A stretch of 64,000 bases of DNA, taken from IMG/VR virus record IMGVR_UViG_3300029267_001596, positions 284 to 64,283 of that record, one strand, 5' to 3'. This DNA comes from a virus. Taxonomy: Duplodnaviria > Caudoviricetes. The notes under the pieces were generated by a model. That model ran no database searches and was not told where the DNA came from. It saw only the letters and a program-made list of their open reading frames with translations. Below are positions 53,908-63,868 of the stretch, in pieces. Both the position numbers and the translations under genes were made by a program. The number at the start of each line of letters is the position of its first letter. The first letter of the stretch is position 1.

Positions 53908-54170
53908 AACGCCACCTCGTCAGGCTGCGGTTCAGGGTTCACCGCCGCCACCGACGCCTTGAACGGCGCCATCGCCCACAGGCACTCATTCGTGACGCAA
54001 CGCACGATGTTCGCCGGGTGTCCAGGGACAGGCCGCATGCTCATCGTGCAGATGGGGCAGGCCGGGCCGCATTCATTCTCGGCCAGGACCGTCTCCATCG
54101 GCTCCCCGCCCGTCAGCTTCACCGCCGCCCTGCTCGCCGGTCTTAGGATTATCAGTCTGCTGTGTCCCAT
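53904..54170 (-). CDS. Small Zn-finger protein
   Basis: CPIC...CVTNEC; start uncertain. Confidence 0.45.
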   Translation of the reverse strand: MGHSRLIILRPASRAAVKLTGGEPMETVLAENECGPACPICTMSMRPVPGHPANIVRCVTNECLWAMAPFKASVAAVNPEPQPDEVAL

Positions 54171-54372
54171 TCTTGGCCTTCTTTCGGGTCTTCTTGGCCT
54201 TCTTCGCGGGTTGTGTCGCTTGCCCTTCAGGCGGGCTTTGATCTTCGCCCGTCGCTTGCTCAGGCGCAGTGTTCTCGGTCGCCTCTGTCTTGGGCACCCA
54301 AGCCCCCGCCTCCTCGTCCCACACCAGACCGCTCTGTGCCTTCCGGTCGATCACCTTCTGTCTCGGCGTCAT
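54073..54372 (-). CDS. Low-complexity basic protein
   Basis: LVWDEEAGAWVP; KKAKKTRKKAK. Confidence 0.45.
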   Translation of the reverse strand: MTPRQKVIDRKAQSGLVWDEEAGAWVPKTEATENTAPEQATGEDQSPPEGQATQPAKKAKKTRKKAKNGTQQTDNPKTGEQGGGEADGRGADGDGPGRE

Positions 54373-54574
54373 TGCCCTGCCTTTCTGGATTCTCTATGAC
54401 CGCAAGCGTTACCGCTGGCGGCCGATATCGCACCTGTCGACCCGGACAGGCGTCGTTGAAGCACTGCAAATACACGCCGTCGTCCTTGCATGCCTGCATC
54501 TCCAGCATAAACAGGCAGTGCGGACACTTGACCTGGCCGATCAGTGTGGTTTTGATGGTCTTGGCGTCACTCAC
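54260..54574 (-). CDS. Small Zn-finger protein
   Basis: CPHC...CFNDAC; GTGA coupling to terL. Confidence 0.5.
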   Translation of the reverse strand: MSDAKTIKTTLIGQVKCPHCLFMLEMQACKDDGVYLQCFNDACPGRQVRYRPPAVTLAVIENPERQGNDAETEGDRPEGTERSGVGRGGGGLGAQDRGDREHCA

Positions 54575-56358
54575 AGTCCAAAATCCTCAATCGCCTCGTC
54601 ATAATCGTCGTCCTCGATATCACGATCGTAGCCTCCGGCCACTTGGGCGGTGTGGAGGTCGTCGTCCGGTCGGTCGGTGGTATCGGTCTGGTCGATATCG
54701 CCACTCATCGGACCGCTGGTGATATGCACCTGCAGCAACCCGGCCAGCATCATCACACCGTCATCGTGGCAGCCGGCCTGGGCCTGCCACTTGCCGTTGT
54801 GGTTGATGAACGTCCTCAGCTCGTTGATCAGGCCCACATCCCGAATCACGGGCACGTTCTCGCCCAGACACTTGCGCAGGAATACGAGTGAGGGCTTGCG
54901 GTTCAGACTGGTCATCCGGAAGCCCAGCCGGCTCGTGTCCCGTTCGGCGTCCTCGTCCTCACCGGCCTGGCGGATGTAGATGTTGGGGTACTCGTCTCGC
55001 TTCAACTCGTTCAGGACCGCCAGGCCGCAACTGTTGATCTCCGGGCTGGTGATCGCCTCCCGGTAGAACCGGCCGGCCAGCGCCATCTGGACGCCGTATT
55101 CGGCGGTATCGCAGCGGCCGTGGAAGGTGCCGACCAACTCATTCTTGCGGCGACTCATTAGGCCGGCGTAGTGGTAGTCGGGATCCCCGCCGCCCTTGGC
55201 CGTCTCGGCGAACAGGCCTTCGCACACGTCTCCGTACAGGATGTACTCCTCATTCGGTTCCGGCCAGCGCCAGATCTGCCAGCAGTCGAGCCCGCGGGCG
55301 GTCTGCTGGGGCTTGATCCGCCCGTTCGACCGTACGAACAGAACCCGCGTCATCGGATCGCAGCACAGCTGCTCGTGCCGATCGAGCACCGCCTGGGAGA
55401 AAATGTTGTACCCTGTGGCGACGAACGCCTCGCGGTCGGTCGCCGGGTATTCCTGATGGAAGGTCCGCAGGTCCATGCCGCACTCGTCTCGTATCGTGAC
55501 CCGACGCCAGTACAGTTGGCCGTCAGTCAGATGCACGCCCATCGCCGCCAGTTGGTCCCGACAATCGACCTCGCAGTACGGTTCGTCCCGAATCAGGACC
55601 AGCCGACCGTCCCGGCCTTTGAGGTGCTCCGGCACGGGCAACGTGTATTCGTGGTGGGTGTACCAGGGCAGAAACAGCGGCGTGTAGCCGCTCCAGTCGT
55701 CTGGGTGCTTGGTGCGCCGCTCCTTCGCCTCCCAATACCGATCGTGGAATGCACCGCCGACCCCATTGGCCGTACTCTCGAGCACGACCTCTGTCTCGGC
55801 CAGTTTCGGCACCTCCTGGAGCAGGCCGAGCAATTGGCTTTCCGCATCGCGCCAGAATGCCACCTCGGTACAGTGGGCGTACTGGGTGGTCCCGCCCCGG
55901 CCCAAGACGTCCTTGCCCGCCGTCTGGCACAGGATCCCCGACCGATGCGGCCGGTCGTACTCGATCTCCTTGCGGTTGGATCGCTTGGTTGGCCGCCGGA
56001 CATCGTCCGGGAGTTCCTCCTGGAACGTCCGGCACATGCGGAAGACCTTGTCGGTCGAGTCCGAATCAGCCGAAACCACCACACCATGGACATTCTGCCG
56101 CCGGTTGATGCGTTCGAAGTATCGCGCCTCGACTGCCGTGGAAATGCCCCTCTGACGCGCCTTGAGCACGCTCAATCGGACGGGAAGGCCCCGCTTGATC
56201 TGTTCCTGGCACAGATGGTGGAGGTTATGTTGCGCCCGGTTGGGCGTGTATCGCACCATCCGCGAATGCTTGTCGACGATCTGCAAGTTGCGGAACTGCC
56301 AGCCTAGCCGGTGCCTGGCCGTAATGTCCGCCATCTTGGAGTCCGCTACCGCCACCAT
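54571..56358 (-). CDS. terL: Terminase large subunit (start uncertain)
   Basis: LKARQRGISTA, GRGGT...HCTEVAFW, ESTANG.GG.F, QEYP....AF, GDVCEG, EINS.G, HDDGVM. Confidence 0.93.
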   Translation of the reverse strand: MVAVADSKMADITARHRLGWQFRNLQIVDKHSRMVRYTPNRAQHNLHHLCQEQIKRGLPVRLSVLKARQRGISTAVEARYFERINRRQNVHGVVVSADSDSTDKVFRMCRTFQEELPDDVRRPTKRSNRKEIEYDRPHRSGILCQTAGKDVLGRGGTTQYAHCTEVAFWRDAESQLLGLLQEVPKLAETEVVLESTANGVGGAFHDRYWEAKERRTKHPDDWSGYTPLFLPWYTHHEYTLPVPEHLKGRDGRLVLIRDEPYCEVDCRDQLAAMGVHLTDGQLYWRRVTIRDECGMDLRTFHQEYPATDREAFVATGYNIFSQAVLDRHEQLCCDPMTRVLFVRSNGRIKPQQTARGLDCWQIWRWPEPNEEYILYGDVCEGLFAETAKGGGDPDYHYAGLMSRRKNELVGTFHGRCDTAEYGVQMALAGRFYREAITSPEINSCGLAVLNELKRDEYPNIYIRQAGEDEDAERDTSRLGFRMTSLNRKPSLVFLRKCLGENVPVIRDVGLINELRTFINHNGKWQAQAGCHDDGVMMLAGLLQVHITSGPMSGDIDQTDTTDRPDDDLHTAQVAGGYDRDIEDDDYDEAIEDFGL

Positions 56359-56513
56359 CTCAGCAACCCAGTCGCTTTCGGATCTTGTTCGGGACGCCCA
56401 CGAATGTGATACCACCCTGGCGCCGCGTCGCCGCCTGATACGTCGATTCAGGGACCGATGCCGACCGGGCCCCTCTGCGTTCGGCCCTGAAGGCCCTTGC
56501 AACCGCCTGTAGA

Positions 56514-57065
56514 CTACTCAGTAGCACTATCCGCACCCCCTTCTGCTCGCGCCGCCTCGTGCTCGGCCCAGAACGCCGCCATCTCTTCCTCGGTCGGCTC
56601 CCGACCGGTCTTGATCTCGCCGGTGTGCTCGATCTGCTGCTTGTCCCGCATATCTGTCATGTTGACCGCGACAAACTTGAACGTGACCGGCGGAATCAAG
56701 CCCTCCAGCCCGTTCTGGATCAGGAAATCCTTCCGCAGTTCCTGCGCGTACGTAAAGGCCTGTGAAAACTCAGGTTGAAACGATGAGTGCTCCTTGTTGA
56801 GCCAGTCGTAGAGCGTCCGCCAACTCACCCCTATCGTCTTGGCAAAGCCCGTCAAGGTCGGCAGTTTGTTCTGCATCCGCTTCGTGTCAATCCAGGATAC
56901 CTTCCCGTCCTTGTAGTGCTTGATCTCGACGTCCTCGTACGGCTCTACATCGAAGAACGCAATCAACGCATCACAGTACTCAGGCTTGTAGTTGGTCGGC
57001 CTCCCTCCCAGGTCCTTACCCTCTGCGAGTCTCTTTGCTGACTGGGGGTTGGTGGGGTCGGCCAT
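56514..57065 (-). CDS. terS: Terminase small subunit
   Basis: GGRPTNYKPEYC, PTLTGFA..IGV...TLYDW...PEFS.A, N....RDKQ.IEH.G. Confidence 0.85.
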   Translation of the reverse strand: MADPTNPQSAKRLAEGKDLGGRPTNYKPEYCDALIAFFDVEPYEDVEIKHYKDGKVSWIDTKRMQNKLPTLTGFAKTIGVSWRTLYDWLNKEHSSFQPEFSQAFTYAQELRKDFLIQNGLEGLIPPVTFKFVAVNMTDMRDKQQIEHTGEIKTGREPTEEEMAAFWAEHEAARAEGGADSATE

Positions 57066-57482
57066 TACTTGTCTCCCTGGATGATGAGGTCGATGTCCTC
57101 GAAGTTTCTCACCCGCCTGCACCGGTCTACAAATGTCTCTGGGTGACTCTGCCGCCCCATGTATCACAAGCTCCAGTGTCGCAACCAAATGCGTCCGGAT
57201 GGCCCTACGCCATCGTATCCGCCCTCCATTCTGGGGTGTGATGACGTTCTGAGGCCAGGGGTTTGTTGCGGGATCTCTGATATGAGGCGCACAATGTTGA
57301 CTAATAGTCAACTATTTGCGTTGCGGGCGCATGAGAAGGGCCAGTCACTTGGACCGGCCCCCTGATTGCTCTGTGCGTGTTCAGTGTATCGCCTGGTGGT
57401 ACTTCCTGACGTCTCGCTGTACGATCTCTGACGCGAAGTCCAGCCATTTACGGCCGTGTTTTGCGATACATCGGCGCCTCGG

Positions 57483-57704
57483 TCAACTCACTTGAGCGGA
57501 TTCGTCGATTTTCTTTCCGACCACGTGAAATCGCTTCCCGCATGTATTGCACCGGCGGTATTGGATGTGATCGCCATATGCCCCCATGCGTGTCGTGTCT
57601 TGCGATCCACACACCTCGCCGGTCTTCTCGTCCACGTTCGTGCAGCGCGGCGCGTTGGCTCCATCGCGCCGGCTGTAGAAGAAATACTTCTGTCTCTCAC
57701 TCAT
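57483..57704 (-). CDS. Zn-ribbon protein (Ogr/Delta-like late regulator candidate)
   Basis: C...CGS..T......QYRRCNTCGKRF. Confidence 0.5.
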   Translation of the reverse strand: MSERQKYFFYSRRDGANAPRCTNVDEKTGEVCGSQDTTRMGAYGDHIQYRRCNTCGKRFHVVGKKIDESAQVS

Positions 57705-57720
57705 GTGCGTCCTTGCCTGG

Positions 57721-57882
57721 TTATGTCGTCTCGGCTGCCCTGAGTGCGCCACGGCGCTTACGCCGCTCGCGATACACAGTCTGGGCGGCGACGTCGTTGG
57801 CGTGTGCCACTTCCTTGACCGACCTACCCTTGTCGAGCATCGCCAGGATGCGGTTGCCCTTGGCGTCGTCAACTGTGTCCAT
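57721..57882 (-). CDS. Small HTH protein
   Basis: ILAML.KGRSVKEVAHANDVAAQTVYR. Confidence 0.6.
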   Translation of the reverse strand: MDTVDDAKGNRILAMLDKGRSVKEVAHANDVAAQTVYRERRKRRGALRAAETT

Positions 57883-57884
57883 CT

Positions 57885-58472
57885 TCAGTCTCCAATCAGG
57901 TTGAGCGCCAGCAGGCAGACGATGATTTGCCGGAGGGGCGTGGCGTTGTATGCAAACCATTTGATGTCGGCTCCATAGCGGTTTGTTTTAAAACCAGGCA
58001 TGCCTACCATCTCCCATACCAGCCATGTAGCGTGCAGCGGCCAAGTTTTCAGCCTTTCCAGTAATCGTCTCGCTACCACCTCCACAGGGTCAGTGATTGG
58101 GGGTGGGACGGGGCAGGGCTTTTTGCCGCTGATGTCGTTCGACCATTCGCCTTTACACCTACTGCACCGCGTATCGTCCGGGTTACGCTCTTTACAGAAA
58201 TGGTCCCAATCGAATGCGTGCTTCCACGGCCCTTTCTCACCAAGCCCCTTCCACACAACCGCGCGGAACTCGTCCAGCTCGCAGAGTTCGGCCCAGGATA
58301 GCTTGAGCAGGTCTTTAGCTGATAGCGGTCGGGCTCGGTGCTGTGGCGGCTTCGGATTGCCCGACGTTCCGGGGCAATTGCACACCGGGTCTTCGTTGTG
58401 CTGCGTCATACATTCCCCACATCTCTCGCAGACTTCGGCTCCGCACGCTGCGCATGTCTTGGCTGATGGCAT
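57885..58472 (-). CDS. Cys-rich hypothetical protein
   Basis: TGATG coupling; several CxxC. Confidence 0.55.
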   Translation of the reverse strand: MPSAKTCAACGAEVCERCGECMTQHNEDPVCNCPGTSGNPKPPQHRARPLSAKDLLKLSWAELCELDEFRAVVWKGLGEKGPWKHAFDWDHFCKERNPDDTRCSRCKGEWSNDISGKKPCPVPPPITDPVEVVARRLLERLKTWPLHATWLVWEMVGMPGFKTNRYGADIKWFAYNATPLRQIIVCLLALNLIGD

Positions 58473-58615
58473 CACTTCACCTTTCCCAGTACATTCCGTT
58501 TCCACGCGGGCCATGAATTCACGATCTCTGTCGCTCGATCAAGATGACGCTGAAATCTGTAGTGCTGCCAGCATCTTCGTGCGATCTGGTGGAGGGTTGG
58601 TCGGGCTGTTAGCAT
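58472..58615 (-). CDS. Small hypothetical protein
   Basis: A.EIVNSWPAWKR. Confidence 0.45.
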   Translation of the reverse strand: MLTARPTLHQIARRCWQHYRFQRHLDRATEIVNSWPAWKRNVLGKVK

Positions 58616-58980
58616 GTCAGTCTCCCTCGTCTCCTTTCGCCTCAACCTCGTCATACTCCCCACCACTGGCAATGCGACTTTGTGACATACTTCGCAAGTA
58701 ATCGCTGTCCGCGTGTTTCGCTTCGTCGCTCATATTCCTATCTCCGCCCACAGCCTCTCCTTTCGTCCAGCGACTCCCTCGGTATCGCGTCGCCTTGCAG
58801 CCCAAGCAGGTCGTCATGCCGTAGGCAGAATGCGTGCGTTCGTGTTGACATTCGCTCATGACTTCTCCTTCTCGAAATACCCCTTCACCTCTTGCAGTAA
58901 CCTGTCGCAAGCCTCCCACTGATAGATGGTTGCCCAGCCCATCACGAGGAACCCACAGGCAAATCCTGCTATGAAGTCCA

Positions 58981-59397
58981 TTATGCGTCCTCCAAATCAA
59001 CGCCTTCGAGTCCATAGCAGAAGCGGCATATGCGATGTGTTTGGCAGACGTCCCGCTCCCATTCGTACTTGTGCCAGCCGATGTGACACCGTAAGGCCCA
59101 TCGGAGGCGACAATGCGACCATGTCCCGTAACCGAGCCCGACCAACCCCTTCGCTCTGAGCCACATCACTAGCGGCACACGCCCCTCGAACCACTCCATG
59201 CTGTGGTCGGTCAGGTCAAACCACGCATCGAAACAGTAGGAGCATTCCCACCACTCCTCACCACATGACGTCTGTGACATGTGGCCACCTGCTCCATTGC
59301 ACATCGGGCACTTGAAGAACGCTCGCCTAGCAACAATGAGCCAAAGGCGAGGACGCCACGAACAGAGTTCGTCCCATAGAGAATTCACACAGAACAT
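58981..59397 (-). CDS. Cys-rich hypothetical protein
   Basis: CPMCNG.GG, C.IGWHKY...C.FC; TAATG coupling. Confidence 0.55.
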   Translation of the reverse strand: MFCVNSLWDELCSWRPRLWLIVARRAFFKCPMCNGAGGHMSQTSCGEEWWECSYCFDAWFDLTDHSMEWFEGRVPLVMWLRAKGLVGLGYGTWSHCRLRWALRCHIGWHKYEWERDVCQTHRICRFCYGLEGVDLEDA

Positions 59398-59669
59398 TAT
59401 GCGTCCTCCCCAACGGGCACGATGTACTTCCCGAACCTGTCGTTGTCCAGCATGGCCACGCACGATCGTGCAAGCCGCGCAATGCCGTCGCTATTGTCTT
59501 TCGCCTCAAAGTATCAGCGTAGGGTCGCTCGGAATTCCATATACTCCAGCGCAGCCTTGTCTCCAGCCTCGCCATCAACTCCCACCACAGTTCCGCGAAT
59601 CGCTGTTGGACAGAGCAGAGTCGCCCGGTCCGCCATGCTGTTTCGCATCATTTCCGCTTCGTCGCTCAT
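59397..59669 (-). pseudogene. Small ORF with in-frame TGA at 59514-59516
   Basis: Frame stays open 38 codons past the TGA and ends in a TAATG coupling with the next gene. Confidence 0.4.
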
Positions 59670-59893
59670 GGCGTCTCCTTCATCACTGGTATTCTGTTTA
59701 CGCATGTGCTGCCCTTCCTCGGTGTCTCGGCAAAATGCGGCGTCATCTCGTGACCTGATTTGCGGCACATCCATCGCAGACAAGTCTCTCGATATGGGCA
59801 TTGCCCATCGTCACACCGGCAGTAGTCGTAGGGCAGGTGGTGTTTCGTCTGTGACAGGTTCTCGGGACTATCTGGGTATGCTGCATTGTTCAT
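59666..59893 (-). CDS. Small Cys-rich protein
   Basis: DYCRC....CPYRETCLR. Confidence 0.55.
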   Translation of the reverse strand: MNNAAYPDSPENLSQTKHHLPYDYCRCDDGQCPYRETCLRWMCRKSGHEMTPHFAETPRKGSTCVNRIPVMKETP

Positions 59894-60075
59894 TACCAAC
59901 TCCTTTCTTGGCACTCTCGCCGCATCTGCTCGAAGCATTCGTCGCATTGCTCTGCGCCGCAATAGAGACCGTTGCCCCAGTGAGGCCTGCTTGGTTTCCC
60001 GCATAAACATTGACCGTCTATGTCTATCATCGCCGTGACAACTTTCTCATAAAAGCTGGGCTTTTCACAACTCAT
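59893..60075 (-). CDS. Small Cys-rich protein
   Basis: GGAGG SD; CLCG...CDEC. Confidence 0.5.
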   Translation of the reverse strand: MSCEKPSFYEKVVTAMIDIDGQCLCGKPSRPHWGNGLYCGAEQCDECFEQMRRECQERSW

Positions 60076-60270
60076 GTCCTCCTCTCACAAAGGCCCGGCC
60101 TCCAGGGAGCCGGGCCATGAAACATGGGTAAGCCGTTGGAAAACATCCACGCTTGGATTGGTTTATACGGCTCGCAGATTGTGACGCGCCCTGGCGCGCC
60201 TGCTCGGCTACCATCTCTTCATGCGTCACCTCCTTCCGAGTAAGGGTTTCGGATGTTTGTCTTGTTCCCA

Positions 60271-60762
60271 TCACCTCTCCTCCACAACAGAGCCCGTGAG
60301 ACGCGACGCTCTTAAGGTGTCTGCGTTGCGGCACCCGTAGGCGATCAGCACCGACGGCCCGCCGGCGTTTGTTTTGCCTCGTGACCCATCCGGCCGATGG
60401 AAGTACAACCGTCCGTGCAAGAACATCAACGCGTCGGCGCGGCCCCAAACCCAATCGCGAAACATCTGCGTTTCAGTTCGAGCAAAGACGAGGGCAATCC
60501 CGTTGCCGTGCCTCGCCAACCGTTCCAGCCAAAGACTGGTCGCCCTCCCGTACGGCGGGTTCAGCCACACTCTGCCGAACCAGTTCTTGCCAAGTCCATT
60601 GTCCCGCCACGTCCACATCGTTCGCGCAGTCGGCCAAGGCTGAGGGGCGCAGGCGCACGGGTCCAGGTCGAACTCGCCGAGGTCGGCAAGGATCTCTAGC
60701 GGCGTAATCCAATCAGTGGATCTGCCTTCATTGGGTTTCGTGTGGCCTCCGATCCCGACCAT
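60271..60762 (-). CDS. Phage DNA N6-adenine methyltransferase
   Basis: WITP...FDLDPCA...NGL...W.GRVWLNPPYG...ARTET...GRL.F. Confidence 0.9.
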   Translation of the reverse strand: MVGIGGHTKPNEGRSTDWITPLEILADLGEFDLDPCACAPQPWPTARTMWTWRDNGLGKNWFGRVWLNPPYGRATSLWLERLARHGNGIALVFARTETQMFRDWVWGRADALMFLHGRLYFHRPDGSRGKTNAGGPSVLIAYGCRNADTLRASRLTGSVVEER

Positions 60763-60947
60763 CACACATCCCCTCCAATCGCAGGGTCGGATGTCACAAC
60801 ATCGCCATACGCCACCTCGCCGGCCTCGATGCGTTTGCACGTGATTGTGCGATCGTCGGGAGTTGCCTCTGGAAATTCCTCTGGTTTGAATTCTCTCGGC
60901 CCTTCGCCTGTGACGATCGGCTCTCGCATTCGCTCGGCAGCGATCAT
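60762..60947 (-). CDS. Small hypothetical protein
   Basis: Coupled to dnaB and the methyltransferase gene. Confidence 0.45.
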   Translation of the reverse strand: MIAAERMREPIVTGEGPREFKPEEFPEATPDDRTITCKRIEAGEVAYGDVVTSDPAIGGDV

Positions 60948-62305
60948 GCCCACATCTCCGTCTGCGACAGGTTATCGAAACGCGTGAACTTCTCGGCAAA
61001 CGCCAGATTCACCGTGCCGGTCGGCCCGTTGCGTTGCTTGGCCACGATGACCTCCGCCGTATTCGTCGGCTCCCAGTTGACGTCGTCCCGGTGGTAGTAG
61101 TCCTCCCGGTGCAGCAGCATGATGACGTCCGCGTCGTTTTCGAGCGACCCTGACTCGCGCAGGTCGCTCATGCGCGGCCGGTGGTTCTCCCGGTTCTCCA
61201 CCTGGCGATTGAGTTGACTCAACGCGATGATGGGCACACCCAGCTCCCGCGCCAGATTCTTGATGTGGCGCGATATTGCGGCGATCTCCTGCTGGCGGCT
61301 CTCCGTCTTGCCGGCAACGTGCATCAACTGGAGGTAGTCGACGACCACAAGCTTGAGATCGTGCATGTGCTTCCAACGCCGGCACTTCGACCGCAGGTGC
61401 ATGGGCGTCACCGCTGCCGACTCGTCGATCCACAGCGGTACATCGTGGTACTCCCCCGCCGCGACCACCAAGGCCTGGTACTCGCTTGCGTCCAAGTGCT
61501 GGGCGTTGCGAATCTTCGTCGAATCCAGTCGCGCCCGGCCGCATATCGCCCGCTGCATGAGTTGCGTCTTGTCCATCTCCAGCGACATCACCAGCGTCGG
61601 GGCCTTCTCGATCAGGGCGGCGTGCTCGGCGATGTTCATGGCAAGAGCGCTCTTCCCGCTACTCGGCCTACCCGCCACGATGACCATCTGCCCGGCCTCC
61701 AGGCCGCCCAGCATCTGGTCCAGCTCGAAGAACCCGGTTCCGATGCCCCCTTTGCCGCCCTCGCACCGCTTCTTGATCGCTGCGAACGCCCGGGCGACAA
61801 GGTCGCCCACCGGCTCGGCGTCTCCTTCCTGACCGCGGTCGACCATCCGGAAGATGCGCCGTTCCGCTTCCTCGAGCAGCGGCGCCACGTCCTCCAGGTC
61901 GCCGTAGGCCTTGTCGCCCAGTTCGGTGCAGATCTGGATGAGCTGCCGCTGCCGAGAGACCGCCAGCACGCGCCGGGCGTAGTACAACGCGTTCTGCGCC
62001 GTTGGCACGGATTCCACCACCTTCTGCAGGTACTCGGTGCCGCCAATGGTTCCCAGTTCTCCCGTCCCCTCCAGTCGCTGCCGTACCGTCAGGCCGTCGA
62101 GGTTCTCACCGATCTCGCAGCCGTAGTCGGCCATGATGGCCCGCCAGATGACTTGGTGCTCCGCGAAAGCGAAATCTCGCTCACCCAGTAGGTCTATCAC
62201 ACTGCCAATGCAGCGCGGGTTGATAATCATGCTGCCCAGTACGGCGGCCTCACTGCTGCCCGCCTGGGGCAGCGACCGTAGCGGCGGTTGCTGGTCGTTG
62301 CTCAT
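60944..62305 (-). CDS. dnaB: Replicative DNA helicase DnaB
   Basis: AGRPSSGKS, SLEM, VDYLQL, LSQLNR, DLRESGSLENDAD, KQRNGPTG. Confidence 0.97.
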   Translation of the reverse strand: MSNDQQPPLRSLPQAGSSEAAVLGSMIINPRCIGSVIDLLGERDFAFAEHQVIWRAIMADYGCEIGENLDGLTVRQRLEGTGELGTIGGTEYLQKVVESVPTAQNALYYARRVLAVSRQRQLIQICTELGDKAYGDLEDVAPLLEEAERRIFRMVDRGQEGDAEPVGDLVARAFAAIKKRCEGGKGGIGTGFFELDQMLGGLEAGQMVIVAGRPSSGKSALAMNIAEHAALIEKAPTLVMSLEMDKTQLMQRAICGRARLDSTKIRNAQHLDASEYQALVVAAGEYHDVPLWIDESAAVTPMHLRSKCRRWKHMHDLKLVVVDYLQLMHVAGKTESRQQEIAAISRHIKNLARELGVPIIALSQLNRQVENRENHRPRMSDLRESGSLENDADVIMLLHREDYYHRDDVNWEPTNTAEVIVAKQRNGPTGTVNLAFAEKFTRFDNLSQTEMWA

Positions 62306-63246
62306 GGGTTGCTCCTGTCCAAAGTGGGAAATCGCTTCTTCAGGGCCCCGACAAAGTACGCCTTTGGCCTGGTGCCCTTCGCTTGCGCCTCCGTGACGAG
62401 CGCCCGGATCTGACCGGCGATCTCGTCAATCCGGGCCGGGTCAGATAGCATTTCGGAGGCGGCAATAGTCTTCAGGTTCTGCTCGATTCCAGCGTCGTGG
62501 CCGAACGCCGTGCGGACTGCCTTCCGGGCCGATTGCCACGTATCGGCGGAGGGTTGATCTGGTGTTTCCGGTTGGCTCTCGTGGGGACCGTCCGGCGAAA
62601 CGGGGGGACCGCTGGGCGACGGGGGGACGGGCACCGGCCTTGGCGTTGGATCGTCCGAGTTGGGATCGGGCCGATCGGGGGGACGCTGGGGGGACGCTGG
62701 TGCCGTTGGCCGCTGGGCGGTTTGCTCGTCAGATGTGTCCCGGTGAGAACGCAGGGGACCGGGGGGGGGCACCGAAGCCCCGCGAGCGGGGCGCTCCGAA
62801 CCGGCCTGTTCAGAAATGTCTTTGCCTTCTGGTTGAGTTTGGTTGAGTTCGGTTCGGTTCGGTTCGGTTGGGCGGAAAGTTTCCGAAAGTTCGGAATCAG
62901 TCTCTACCCAACCAATCTTCACCAGTACGTTAATGCCGTTCTCAACTTGACTTACAGGCGCCTGGATGGCGTAGGCTATGTCTGCAATGTCTCCAAGCTG
63001 ATTTCTTTCGTCCCTCGACGCATTTCCAGCAATTTCGAGCAACTTGCAGAACAAGCCGAACACTTGTAGGGCTTCGTCTTGCCCGGCCGCTTCAGCGAGC
63101 CGCCGATAGCCTACACCTAATGAACGACCATTGGCCTTGAGCTTGATGTACCGAAAGGGGCCTTTGAACTTGGGCTTCCCGGGAGCCCAGTCCCGGCCCT
63201 TGGTGTCGACCTCATAACGTTCATCCCATTCAACGATGCGGTACAT
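62302..63246 (-). CDS. Putative replication initiator protein
   Basis: wHTH-like N-terminus, Pro-rich linker, upstream of dnaB, internal short repeats. Confidence 0.7.
   Translation of the reverse strand: MYRIVEWDERYEVDTKGRDWAPGKPKFKGPFRYIKLKANGRSLGVGYRRLAEAAGQDEALQVFGLFCKLLEIAGNASRDERNQLGDIADIAYAIQAPVSQVENGINVLVKIGWVETDSELSETFRPTEPNRTELNQTQPEGKDISEQAGSERPARGASVPPPGPLRSHRDTSDEQTAQRPTAPASPQRPPDRPDPNSDDPTPRPVPVPPSPSGPPVSPDGPHESQPETPDQPSADTWQSARKAVRTAFGHDAGIEQNLKTIAASEMLSDPARIDEIAGQIRALVTEAQAKGTRPKAYFVGALKKRFPTLDRSNP
62830..62897. repeat. Iteron-like short repeats (candidate origin)
   Basis: GGTTGAGTT x2, TTCGG x4, CGGAAAGTTTCCGAAAGTTCGG inside the initiator gene. Confidence 0.45.
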
Positions 63247-63418
63247 GTCTGCTTTCTTACCTCTCTCGATCCTTCAGTTATCTTGCCGGCTGCCCAGGAA
63301 GACGCTTGTGCGCCTCCCCGGAATGTGATAGTGCAATTGCGTTTGTCTAACCGGTGATCAGTAGTTGACGTTTTCGGCGTAATCGCGGTCCATTGATGGT
63401 CTCTCTTTACTCGATCTG

Positions 63419-63865
63419 CTAGTGGGCCTGAAGGGCAAGCACTTCCTCGATATCCTCCGGCGCCGGCTCTCGGATCTGTACGTGGATGCCGGGCGTGTCC
63501 CCGTAGATGCAGTCCACTATGCCTCGAACGATGAGGCGGTCGTCCTTCCAGAAGATGCTGTTCAGAGCGTCGCCAACGAATTTGCCGACATTGTCCCAAT
63601 CGGGGGTCGACGAGTGCCAGATCGGGGCGCTTTCCTTGAGCGTGTCCGCATGACGGCCCGTGCGGTAGTGACTCTTCGGTCTGGGAAACACGCAGATCAG
63701 ACGCAGACAGACCGGCCCTGAGAAGGGCTCGTCCGGGCGACACTGCATGGCTTTGGCGAGGAAGTCCTTCTTGTCGGAGGCGCTGGGGTCGTAGTGATGG
63801 CCGCTCTTGGTAGAGCGATGGCGCATCTGGCCCTTCGGATTGCCGGGAACAAAGAACGAGATCAT
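63419..63865 (-). CDS. rusA: RusA-family Holliday junction resolvase
   Basis: VPGNP....R, FPRPKSH, PDWDNVGKFVGDALN...WKDD..I. Confidence 0.92.
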   Translation of the reverse strand: MISFFVPGNPKGQMRHRSTKSGHHYDPSASDKKDFLAKAMQCRPDEPFSGPVCLRLICVFPRPKSHYRTGRHADTLKESAPIWHSSTPDWDNVGKFVGDALNSIFWKDDRLIVRGIVDCIYGDTPGIHVQIREPAPEDIEEVLALQAH

Positions 63866-63868
63866 GGT

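Noticed and set aside
62761-62769. G9 tract as a phase-variation switch
   Set aside because: In frame, encodes PPP in a Pro-rich linker; no evidence of slippage.
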